Shown piece by piece: positions 51,314 to 60,187 of a DNA stretch of 64,000 nt (positions are counted from its first letter, which is position 1; each line of letters begins with the position of its first letter). Source of the DNA: Deltaproteobacteria bacterium (GTDB lineage Bacteria; Myxococcota; B64-G9); NCBI GenBank assembly GCA_019314375.1, contig JAFCZJ010000014.1:12153-76152 (forward strand), written 5' to 3'. The translations under genes were made by a program, and so were the position numbers. The notes below the pieces were generated by a model. The model saw nothing but the letters and a program-made list of their open reading frames with translations, did not search any database and was not told the origin of the DNA.

Positions 51314-54300
51314 AAATAACAGACAGCTTCGTAGCTCACCACGATGGTGTCGCCCTGTCCAGGTACCACGTTGTCACCAAAAAAGATGGTGTTGGTGTCC
51401 GGGTAGTAGGTCCAGCCGTCGGCACCACCCGTGCTGCTGGCTTGAGACACGGTGGAACCGTTGACCGTCACGGTCAAGGTGGATGCATCTGCGGGACGCG
51501 AAAGCGGGAACTCACGGATGGCGGCGAAGGCGTCTAGCCCTAAGGAACTCAAGGCCTGGGCCCAGTTGTTCGTGCAGATGGACTCGAAAGCCCCGCCGGT
51601 GCGGTTGGTGACGTCGATGTACCGCGGGCCGGCGGCGGCATTGCCACCGGGGCCCTGGCAGCCATCGGGCGTATCGCCCACGATGGCACTGACCGCCATG
51701 CGCTCAGGATTGCGATAGCCCTTGATGGAGGAAAAGAAATCCACATAGAAATCCGTATCGCCATTGGACTGATCCGGCTCGTCGCTGACGATGATCACGT
51801 AAAGCTTGGCATCCTCTCGCAAGAAACCACCGTTCTTGGTGGGATCATCGATGATGGGCGCGCTCAATGCCATGTAAGCAGCCTCTAAGCCTGCTTCCTG
51901 TTCGTCTGAACAGCAGGTACCCACCTGCACGATGTCGCGGAAGGCATTGGAAATATCCGGCGTGGTGTTGGTGATGAAACGCGGCAGGTTGGAGGGATGC
52001 ACCAATACGCCCGGGAAGATGTCGCGGCCGGGATCGCCCATGTTCGTTTCAGAATCGTTGACCTCGGTGGTCACCACGCCGATGTGAAAGTCCACGGCGA
52101 GGCTGAGCGCATATTGGATGAAAGTATCGAAGTTGTTCGCCAAGGCCGCTTGCTCTTCACCCATGGAGCCCGAATTATCCACCACGAAGAGCACGTCACT
52201 CATGACCTCGTCGGGTTGATGAAAGACATCTTCCTGTGAAGAATCCGTAGTGCCCGAGCCGAAAAGAGGCACCTCCAGAACCGGGTAGTTGGAGGCGTCC
52301 GACTCGATACGCAGGACGTTGAAGTGGTTGGAAACGTCCTGCGGATGGTACTTCATTCGGATGACCACGCTACCACCGCCGGCCAGGACATGTGGAGTCG
52401 TGGGTGCCGAGGTCAAGCTAAAATTGGGATCCGGGCTGGTCTGCAAATAGATGCTGGATATATTCAGGGCGATGGTACCCAAATTGTAGACCGTGACCGC
52501 CATCTCGGGCGAGTTGCAACCCACCTCCACGATGGAAAAATCCAACTCATCCGGCACCACGGCGATGGCCGCCTCTTCCGAGCTGCCCGTCAAGGGGATG
52601 CAGGCCTGTCCTGGTAGGGGCTGGATCATGGCAAACTGACAACGGAAGTGCGACATGGAAAGATCCGGGTCGCTCGTGGCGATGACCAGATAGGCAGCGT
52701 GGCTGCCCGGGTGATCCGGAGCGAAGACCACCTCCAGGCTGTCGGTGGCACCCGGGTTGATGACCATGGGCAGATTCAGACCTTCCAGCGAAAAATCGCC
52801 GGGGGTCATCATGCTCTGACGGATTTCGGCACCGGTCACGCTGCAGGGCTCTTGGCCTAAGTTGGTGATGTTCACATGGAGGACTTCGGTGTGGTTGACC
52901 CGCTGCATGCCGAAATTGTGGATGTCCGGGGTGATGATGAGATCGCAGACCGCTTCATCAACGCCCTGCCCATTCAAGTCCACGCGGACTTCGTTGCCGT
53001 CTTTGTCCGTGCCGAAGAGGCTCAAAGTCCCGGTATCTTGCCCTAAGTTGCTGGGATGGTATTGCAATACAATCTGCAAGGTATCACCTGGCGCGAATTC
53101 CGTATCCGCGCTGGGGGCGGAGACAATGCTGAACTCATTGTCGGCCGAGTTCGTGCTGATCTCCGAACTATTCAAGGTGCAGGTGTCCGAACCCTGGTTG
53201 ACCACGCCCACCGTGACGGTCGTGGGTGTACCCACGACCACCGAACCGAAGGTGACCGCGAAGGGCACGGCCGCGATGTCACAGGCCCTCGGGAAGCTGG
53301 CCCCTTCGATACCAATGACACCGGTCAGATGAGTCGAGGGGCTGGAGGTGGGATCGTCGGAATAGATGGCCAGACCACCCGCATCCGTGCCCTGGCTCTG
53401 CGGATAATACTGAATGGGGATCGCCACGGATTCGCCGGGTCGCACGTTGGCCGGAAGACTCGGCGTGTTCACCAAAGAGAAATCTCCGGAAGAATCGGCC
53501 GTCAACTCCACGTTCATCAAATCCAGGTCCATCAGGCCGCAATTGAAAATATTAAGTTCCTCGACGGCCATCTCGCCGGTGGGCACGTTGCCAAAATCCA
53601 CACGCAAGGGGTCCGGACAAACTCGCGGCGCCATGCCCTGACCGTTGACCATGATATCGATTTCTCGCTCGTTCACGTCATTGGAGGCAACCCGGAGCAC
53701 GGCGCTGTGGTTGCCGCCCGTGCCCGGATCATAGGCAACGGTCAAGTCAGCCGTGGCCCCCACATCCAGAATGCCCGGGAGGTCCGCGCCACCCATATCC
53801 AGGGCAAACTGACTGTAATCACCGCTGATGAAGCCCAGGGTCGTGATTTGCAGGGGCCGGTCGCCCAAATTGCGCACGGTCACAACCCGCTCTCGACGCA
53901 TGTCCATGTCCACTTCGCCAAAAAGCAACTGCATCTCACCGGTCACCGCTTCATTGCAGAGTTCACTGCCTCCCGAGCATTCAGCGTTGCTCTGGTCCCC
54001 CACGCAGTCGGTGAAACAAACCTGAATCTCCGGCGTGACGCCATCACCGGTTAGATTCACCGTCACCGTCTTGTGATCCCTGGCATCCGAAGACACGGTC
54101 AGGGTGCCGGTATCGGCGCCCACATCCCGGGGCACATACGCCACTTCCAGGATCAAGTCCTGGCCGGGTATGATGGTGCGCACAGCATCGGTGCTGTAGT
54201 TACATGCCGAAAAGATGCCGTCCTGACCACAGTTGACCGAAAAGTCCGGACTGGATTCGGGGGTCAACGACACATCGGAGACTTTCAACTCGCCAAGCCC

Positions 54301-54555
54301 CGTATTGCGCAACATCAAATAGCGACGATTGATGGTGTCCACATCCGTGGTCTCATAGGCGATGGACAACTCCGCCGAGTCAGGCATGCTCTCAAAGGAA
54401 CTCGCATCGGGCGGAACCGGGTCCGTACCAATAAAATAAAGCTCCAAACTCGGGGCGGATTGCTGCAAGCCCCCACCCCCATCGCACTCACAATTAATCG
54501 AAGCGAGGTAAACAAGAACCAAAGAAAAAAGCACAGTAGATCGTGGTGAAGTCAT
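51310..54555 (-). CDS. ~1081-aa lipoprotein: six ASH/'choice-of-anchor-D'-like beta-sandwich modules, a vWA domain and a C-terminal beta domain (paralogue A)
   Basis: Signal ...LVLVYLASINC. There are six modules, each with a ...N.G...L.I... pattern. Five of the six end in a G-x-G/S turn and four are followed within about 10 residues by Cys (LTGDGVTPEIQVC, VNGQGMAPRVC, IGIEGASFPRAC, LNGQGVDEAVC, PLTGSSEE, LFGSGTTD). vWA MIDAS motif DVLFVVDNSGSMGEEQ. The ATG at 54555 has GGAGAT 8 nt upstream. Confidence 0.7.
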   Translation of the reverse strand: MTSPRSTVLFSLVLVYLASINCECDGGGGLQQSAPSLELYFIGTDPVPPDASSFESMPDSAELSIAYETTDVDTINRRYLMLRNTGLGELKVSDVSLTPESSPDFSVNCGQDGIFSACNYSTDAVRTIIPGQDLILEVAYVPRDVGADTGTLTVSSDARDHKTVTVNLTGDGVTPEIQVCFTDCVGDQSNAECSGGSELCNEAVTGEMQLLFGEVDMDMRRERVVTVRNLGDRPLQITTLGFISGDYSQFALDMGGADLPGILDVGATADLTVAYDPGTGGNHSAVLRVASNDVNEREIDIMVNGQGMAPRVCPDPLRVDFGNVPTGEMAVEELNIFNCGLMDLDLMNVELTADSSGDFSLVNTPSLPANVRPGESVAIPIQYYPQSQGTDAGGLAIYSDDPTSSPSTHLTGVIGIEGASFPRACDIAAVPFAVTFGSVVVGTPTTVTVGVVNQGSDTCTLNSSEISTNSADNEFSIVSAPSADTEFAPGDTLQIVLQYHPSNLGQDTGTLSLFGTDKDGNEVRVDLNGQGVDEAVCDLIITPDIHNFGMQRVNHTEVLHVNITNLGQEPCSVTGAEIRQSMMTPGDFSLEGLNLPMVINPGATDSLEVVFAPDHPGSHAAYLVIATSDPDLSMSHFRCQFAMIQPLPGQACIPLTGSSEEAAIAVVPDELDFSIVEVGCNSPEMAVTVYNLGTIALNISSIYLQTSPDPNFSLTSAPTTPHVLAGGGSVVIRMKYHPQDVSNHFNVLRIESDASNYPVLEVPLFGSGTTDSSQEDVFHQPDEVMSDVLFVVDNSGSMGEEQAALANNFDTFIQYALSLAVDFHIGVVTTEVNDSETNMGDPGRDIFPGVLVHPSNLPRFITNTTPDISNAFRDIVQVGTCCSDEQEAGLEAAYMALSAPIIDDPTKNGGFLREDAKLYVIIVSDEPDQSNGDTDFYVDFFSSIKGYRNPERMAVSAIVGDTPDGCQGPGGNAAAGPRYIDVTNRTGGAFESICTNNWAQALSSLGLDAFAAIREFPLSRPADASTLTVTVNGSTVSQASSTGGADGWTYYPDTNTIFFGDNVVPGQGDTIVVSYEAVCYL

Positions 54556-54560
54556 TCGAA

Positions 54561-57500
54561 TTATCTCCGTACCAAACAAGCAGCCGTGTAACTCACTTCA
54601 ATCCGAGAGCCTTTTTCCGGCACCACGTCATCGCCAAAGTAAACCGAGTTGCTGTCGGCCATGTAACTCCAGCCCTCGGGCCCCTCCGAGCTAGCGGCCT
54701 CTGGCACGGGGATGCCATCCACCATGACCACGATGGTGCCCACCTCCGCGGGCCGGGTGAGCGGAAACTCACGAATGAAAGCAAAGGCATCAATACCCAG
54801 GCTCTCCAGGGCCATGGCCCAGTTGCTGGTGCAAATCGACTGGAACAAGCCACCGGTGCGGTTGGCCACTTCGATGTAACGGCTGCCCGAGACCGCCGCC
54901 TCACCGCCACAACCGTCCGGGGCGTCGCCCACAATGGCGCTGACCTTCATCATGTCCCTGTTGCGCACTCCCTTGATGTGGGAAAAGAAATCAACATAGA
55001 AATCCGGATTGCCGCGACTTTGATCTTGCTCATCGCTGACACAAATGATGTAGAGCTTGGCATCCTCACGAAGGAAACCCGCGTTGGCCGTGGGATCGCT
55101 GATCAAAGGCTCGCTCAGGGCCATCCAGGCCGCCTCAAGACCCGCCTCTTGCTCGTCCGAGCAACAGGTGCCGATATGCACGTTCTCATTGAAGGCCTGG
55201 TCAAAATCGGGCGTCTGGTTGGTGATGTAGGGCGGCCGGCTCGGCGCATGCACCAGCACGCCGGGAAGGATATCCCGAGGTGGGTTGCCCTGGTCCGTCT
55301 CCGGCTCGTTGACCTCGGTGGACAGGACCCCGATGTGATAGTCCACGTCTCTTGACAAAGCCCAGCTAATGAACTGGCCGAAGTTATCAGCCAACTCATT
55401 TTGGGCCCAACCCATGGAACCTGAGTTATCCACGACGAAAAGTACGTCCGAGCGCACCTGCTCCGGTTGATGGAAAACATCGGTCTGGGTGGAGGTATCC
55501 GTACCCAATCCGAACAGGGGCACGACCAGCAGATCCTCATTGCTGGCATCGGATTCAATATACAGGGCGTTGCGGTGCGGGTTGTAGTCCTGTGGATGGT
55601 ACCGCATCACCACCTGGAAGCTGCTACCGCCGGTCAGGGTGAATGGCGTGGCCGGTGCCTGAAGAATGGAAAAGTTCGGATCGGCCATGTTCTCAAGGTA
55701 GATACTGGACACGTCTAAGTCGTAGCCACCCAGGTTGTAAACGGTCACGCGCATTTCGGGTGAATTGCAACCCACCGTCACCACGCCGAAGTCCATCTCT
55801 GAGGGCACGACCTCAATGTCGCTCTCGGCGGCCATACCACTGACGGAGATACAGGCATCTCCGTCCTCGGGCGGGGGAAAACAGAAGCCAGGAATATTAA
55901 ATGTTGGATCCGAAGTTTCCAATCGGAAGGTCGCTTTGTGGAAGTCCGTGCTGGATGGCGCGAAGGTGATCTCGATTTCTTGCCGGTCGCCCGGTCGCCC
56001 AGCGCGGCGCAGATTGATGGGCGCCGGCGGAGCCGCCGTGATCTCGAAATCGCTGGGGAACAAAATGCTGTGCTCCAAATCGTAACTGAACACCGTGCAG
56101 TCGGCATTGCCCAGGTTTTGCAAGGTGATGTAAAGCGGACGGGTGGTATTGAGCTTGGTGGTGCCAAAGTGCAGCCAGGTGGGGTTGACCTCCATGACAC
56201 AGGCTGCCTCGGACACGCCTTCGCCGTTCAAGGCCACGTCCTTGGCCGGCTCGTCGTTGTCGTTGGAATGAATGGTCAAGGTGCCGGTATCCAGGCCCAA
56301 ATTGACCGGGGCGTACATGAGTTCGAGTTCGATGACGTCCCCTGGGGCGAAGGTGGTTTGCCCGGGCTGGAGCAACACGCTGAACTCGTTATCCACCGTA
56401 TTGACCGTGATCTCCGCCGAATCAAAAGTGCAGTCGTCATTGCCCGCGTTGATGAGGCGCACCACCAGCTTGTCCTGATCCGGATCCGCAGCGTTCTGCA
56501 CCACGCCGCCAAAGTTCACCGCCGGCGGACTGACCTGGATCTGGCAAACCCGCTCGAAACCGGCCGCCGAGACCGCCACCGAACCCGTCAGGTGCGTCTC
56601 GGGGTTGGACACGGGATCATTGGAGAAGATCTCCACCCGATTCTGAGCCGGGCCGACGACCGTGGGATCAAACTGAACTTCCACTTGAATGGAGTTCCCC
56701 GGCTCGATGACCACGGACATCCCGGGCAGGTTGAGCAGGTCAAAATCCTGGCTGTAGCTGACGTCCGTGCCCATGGCGATGTTCTCTATTTCCAGGTCCA
56801 TCAAGCCGCAATTGGCCAGCTCAAAGCTCTGGGTCACCGGATCGCCTACGGCGACGTAGCCGTAACTCAGTTCGAAGGGGTCTACGCAGACCCGAGGAGC
56901 CAAGGAGCGACCCGTCAACTCAACATGGATTTCGTTTTCGTTCACATCGTTGGAGATAATCTGCAATGTGGAGGCATGCTCACCGCCCAAAGACGGCGTG
57001 TAAGTCACAGCGATCGTGGCGCTGGCCCCAGGGGCCAGGTTGCCAGGAAGCGTACCGTTCTCCATGGCCCAAGCGAACTGGCTGGCATCGCCTGTTTGTA
57101 CCTGGATGGTGCTGACCTGAAGATCCTGTTCGCCGATGTTGTTCACCACCACGATGCGACTCAAGCTCAGGCCGGCCTCCAGATCGCCGAACTCAACAAG
57201 CAGGTTATTCGGCGTCACCGTGTCGTTGCATAGTTCGGACCCGGCCTGGCATGTCGTGCCCTCTTCGCCACCAAGGCAATCGGTGATGCAAACCTGCACT
57301 TCCGGGGTCACGCCCTGGCCACTCAGGGCCACATGCACCGTGGAAAAATCACCGGCGTTGGAGCGCACCACGAAGTCGCTGGTGTAGGCGCGCTCTTCCT
57401 GCGGTAAAAAGGACACCTCGATCAGCAGGTCCGCCCCGGGTGCCACCGCCATGTAGTCCGCATCGGAAAAGGTACATGGCGCAAAAGAGCCGCTTACCTG

Positions 57501-57833
57501 ACATGCCAACGAGAATGCGGGATCCGCCCCATCCTGCCAGTCCACGCCCACGATGTTTAGCGGCGAGGTCCCAACATTGCGCAGGAATAAGTACTTGTTG
57601 GCTTGCACCGCCAAGTCCACACGACCGAATTCAATGGAAACCAGCCCTTCGCCTGCCGCTCCTTCATTCACTTCCCCATACATATCCAGGGATTGCAGCT
57701 CCGGCCCGTTGCCCAAAAAGAACCGCCCAACCAGGGCCTCATCCACGCCGACTCGAGTATCACCGCATTCGCAGTTGAGTACACAAGGCATGGCCGCAAG
57801 CACCATGATGATCAGGAAAGACTTGTTCCTCAT
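54561..57833 (-). CDS. 1090-aa lipoprotein, same six-module + vWA architecture (paralogue B)
   Basis: Signal MRNKSFLIIMVLAAMPCVLNC. Module ends: LSGQGVTPEVQVC, LTGRSLAPRVC, SAAGFERVC, LNGEGVSEAAC, VSGMAAESD, LFGLGTDT. MIDAS motif DVLFVVDNSGSMGWAQ. AAGGAG lies 6 nt upstream of the ATG at 57833. Confidence 0.7.
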   Translation of the reverse strand: MRNKSFLIIMVLAAMPCVLNCECGDTRVGVDEALVGRFFLGNGPELQSLDMYGEVNEGAAGEGLVSIEFGRVDLAVQANKYLFLRNVGTSPLNIVGVDWQDGADPAFSLACQVSGSFAPCTFSDADYMAVAPGADLLIEVSFLPQEERAYTSDFVVRSNAGDFSTVHVALSGQGVTPEVQVCITDCLGGEEGTTCQAGSELCNDTVTPNNLLVEFGDLEAGLSLSRIVVVNNIGEQDLQVSTIQVQTGDASQFAWAMENGTLPGNLAPGASATIAVTYTPSLGGEHASTLQIISNDVNENEIHVELTGRSLAPRVCVDPFELSYGYVAVGDPVTQSFELANCGLMDLEIENIAMGTDVSYSQDFDLLNLPGMSVVIEPGNSIQVEVQFDPTVVGPAQNRVEIFSNDPVSNPETHLTGSVAVSAAGFERVCQIQVSPPAVNFGGVVQNAADPDQDKLVVRLINAGNDDCTFDSAEITVNTVDNEFSVLLQPGQTTFAPGDVIELELMYAPVNLGLDTGTLTIHSNDNDEPAKDVALNGEGVSEAACVMEVNPTWLHFGTTKLNTTRPLYITLQNLGNADCTVFSYDLEHSILFPSDFEITAAPPAPINLRRAGRPGDRQEIEITFAPSSTDFHKATFRLETSDPTFNIPGFCFPPPEDGDACISVSGMAAESDIEVVPSEMDFGVVTVGCNSPEMRVTVYNLGGYDLDVSSIYLENMADPNFSILQAPATPFTLTGGSSFQVVMRYHPQDYNPHRNALYIESDASNEDLLVVPLFGLGTDTSTQTDVFHQPEQVRSDVLFVVDNSGSMGWAQNELADNFGQFISWALSRDVDYHIGVLSTEVNEPETDQGNPPRDILPGVLVHAPSRPPYITNQTPDFDQAFNENVHIGTCCSDEQEAGLEAAWMALSEPLISDPTANAGFLREDAKLYIICVSDEQDQSRGNPDFYVDFFSHIKGVRNRDMMKVSAIVGDAPDGCGGEAAVSGSRYIEVANRTGGLFQSICTSNWAMALESLGIDAFAFIREFPLTRPAEVGTIVVMVDGIPVPEAASSEGPEGWSYMADSNSVYFGDDVVPEKGSRIEVSYTAACLVRR

Positions 57834-57928
57834 AATCGGCTCCTTACCCCCTCAGGCATTCCTCTTGTTCTATCACGCACATGTCTGTTTTTTCAAGCAG
57901 GCACCACCGACAGCCCCATGTCGACAAC

Positions 57929-57957
57929 TTGCCGCCGCCCTTGGCTGGGGTTATCAT
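57929..57957 (+). promoter_or_regulatory. promoter candidate placing the TSS at or near the M23 peptidase ATG (leaderless candidate)
   Basis: TTGCCG at 57929..57934, a 17-nt spacer, TATCAT at 57952..57957. The ATG at 57965 lies 8 nt after the -10. No SD is present. Confidence 0.3.
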
Positions 57958-57964
57958 AAGACCC

Positions 57965-58951
57965 ATGAACTGGCGTGTTTTTTTGTGGCTCACCCCGGTC
58001 TTCATTCTGACGGCCTGTACACCTCGCTTGCGCGTGGACAACAGCCCCATGCCCAAACTTAACCGCTCCCACCACCACTTCACGAAAAACCTGATGGGGT
58101 GGCCAAAAAACCTGAAGTCCTTGCCAGAGCAGCCAGAGCTGATCGAGCGAATTCAAGAAAACCTCTCTTCGCCCACCCTTGATGAGGTGGAACGAGCCAT
58201 TCGCCGTTTCCAGTTACAACGAAGGGGAAGTGGCCCGGCCCTGGATTCCGCCTGGCCGCCCTTCCTGGAAATATTGGAGACCTACTTAGACCAGGCGCCC
58301 GAGCGGCTCAGCCTGTCACCACTTATTCGGGCCAGAGTGGCCGCCGAATTCGAACTGGACGCCGAAAAAAGGCGAACCGAAGGATGCCCACCGGAACTCG
58401 ACCATTTGGTTCGCCACCTCTTGGCTCGCATCGACTCCCGCGCGCGCGCGGTGCGCACCGTGGCCACCACGGCCACCCGGCACCGGCCAGGACGCGGGGA
58501 CGAATTCGGCCTGATGTGGCCCGTGGGTCACGGGGTCATCACCTCGGGGTTTGGCTACCGACGAGATCCCATACAGCATGACAAGGTGCGGTTCCACAAT
58601 GGCATCGATTTGGCGGCACCACCTCATGAGCCCATCCTGGCCGCGGCCCGCGGCACGGTGACCAAGGCGGGCTGGGCAGGCAAGGCCGGGCGCCTGGTGC
58701 GCATCCATCATCCGGATGGCACGGTCACCCTCTACGCCCACTTGGCCATGATCATGGTCAAACCCGGTCAACACGTAGGCGCGGGCGACGTCATCGGGCT
58801 CCTCGGCCAGTCCGGGCGCTCCACCGGCCCCCATCTCCACTTCGGCGTACTGCAAGCAGGCCGGCACGTAGATCCCTTGGACGTCCTGCGCCCCGTACCC
58901 ATGAGCTTTTCCGATGAGCTCACCGGCATCGTCTTCGGCTATGGACAATGA
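57965..58951 (+). CDS. M23 (LytM-type) metallopeptidase lipoprotein
   Basis: Signal MNWRVFLWLTPVFILTAC. FGYRRDPI...RFHNGIDLAAP ... HLHFGV are the HxxxD and HxH M23 motifs. The track start at 57881 would add 28 non-signal residues. Confidence 0.8.
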   Translation: MNWRVFLWLTPVFILTACTPRLRVDNSPMPKLNRSHHHFTKNLMGWPKNLKSLPEQPELIERIQENLSSPTLDEVERAIRRFQLQRRGSGPALDSAWPPFLEILETYLDQAPERLSLSPLIRARVAAEFELDAEKRRTEGCPPELDHLVRHLLARIDSRARAVRTVATTATRHRPGRGDEFGLMWPVGHGVITSGFGYRRDPIQHDKVRFHNGIDLAAPPHEPILAAARGTVTKAGWAGKAGRLVRIHHPDGTVTLYAHLAMIMVKPGQHVGAGDVIGLLGQSGRSTGPHLHFGVLQAGRHVDPLDVLRPVPMSFSDELTGIVFGYGQ

Positions 58952-59002
58952 GGAGCGGGCTCGATAAGTAGCTAAGTAAGAAACGCTCAGGAGAACAGAA
59001 CC

Positions 59003-60187
59003 ATGCCCATATCGAAAAAAGTCGAAGCCCTCATGACCAAAGCCTCTTTCATCCGGCGCATGTTTGAAGAAGGCCGACGAATGAAACAGGAGTTCGGTGC
59101 CGAAAATGTATACGACTTCAGCCTGGGCAACCCGATTCTGGAGCCACCGGAGAAAGTCATCGCGACCTTGCAGCGCCTGGTCAAAGAGCAGCCCGCGGGC
59201 CTCCATCGCTACATGCCCAATGCCGGCCACCCGGCCGCCCGTGAAAAAATCGCCGCCTACCTGAATTCACAAATGGATCTGGACATCACGGTCGCCGACA
59301 TTGTGATGACCGTGGGCGCAGCCGGGGCTTTGAATACAGCCCTAAAAAGCCTGCTGGATCCTGGCGACGAAGTGGTGGTGGTGGCCCCCTTCTTCCCCGA
59401 ATACCGCTTCTATGTGGACAACCATGGCGGAGAAATGATCGTCGCGGAATCAACCGCGGATTTCGATCTGGATCTAAGCGATTTGGACAAAGCCATCGGC
59501 CCGAAGACCAAGGCATTGATTCTCAACTCCCCCAACAACCCCACCGGCCGAATGTACACGACCGAGCAACTGACCAAACTGGGCACCCTACTGGCCCAAA
59601 AAGAAAAAGCCCACGGCCACGCCATCACCATTTTGTCGGACGAGCCCTACAAAAAAATCGTATACGACGGACTGACAGTGCCGAATGTCTTGGCCGCACA
59701 CGCCAACAGCATTCTCATCACCTCCCACTCCAAGGACTTAGGGTTGGCCGGAGAACGAATCGGCTACGCGGCCATCAGCCCGCGCCACGTAGACCGAGAG
59801 GCCCTGCAAAACGCCATCACCTTCACCAACCGCACCCTGGGTTTCGTGAATGCACCCAGCATCTTCCAGCACCTGGCGGCGGAAGCCCAGGCTGAAAGCG
59901 TACCCATCGCTATTTATCAGGAACTACGAGACATTTTCTGCAAAGGTCTGACCGAAGCCGGCTACAGTTTCGTCAAGCCTCAAGGTGCGTTTTATCTCTT
60001 CCCCAAGACGCCCATCGACGACGATGTGGCCTTCGTCAGCCTCTTACAGAAACAACGCATCTTGGCCGTGCCCGGCTCGGGCTTTGGTCGACCGGGTCAC
60101 ATTCGCCTGGCCTTCTGCGTCAGAAAAAAAGAAATTGAAGAATCTTTCGAGGGATTTGCCGCGGCCATGAGGGAAGCGGGCAATTAA
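59003..60187 (+). CDS. class I/II PLP-dependent aminotransferase (AspC/AlaA-like)
   Basis: DFSLGNP, YMPNAGHPAAREKIA, LNSPNNPTG and SHSKDLGLAGERIGY (PLP lysine). Confidence 0.85.
   Translation: MPISKKVEALMTKASFIRRMFEEGRRMKQEFGAENVYDFSLGNPILEPPEKVIATLQRLVKEQPAGLHRYMPNAGHPAAREKIAAYLNSQMDLDITVADIVMTVGAAGALNTALKSLLDPGDEVVVVAPFFPEYRFYVDNHGGEMIVAESTADFDLDLSDLDKAIGPKTKALILNSPNNPTGRMYTTEQLTKLGTLLAQKEKAHGHAITILSDEPYKKIVYDGLTVPNVLAAHANSILITSHSKDLGLAGERIGYAAISPRHVDREALQNAITFTNRTLGFVNAPSIFQHLAAEAQAESVPIAIYQELRDIFCKGLTEAGYSFVKPQGAFYLFPKTPIDDDVAFVSLLQKQRILAVPGSGFGRPGHIRLAFCVRKKEIEESFEGFAAAMREAGN

Noticed and set aside
53056-57233. Plus-strand ORFs 53056..54054 (332 aa) and 55938..57233 (431 aa) inside the vWA paralogues.
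   Set aside because: They are antisense shadows. They show no periodic module structure, whereas the minus-strand products show six repeated modules and a MIDAS motif.
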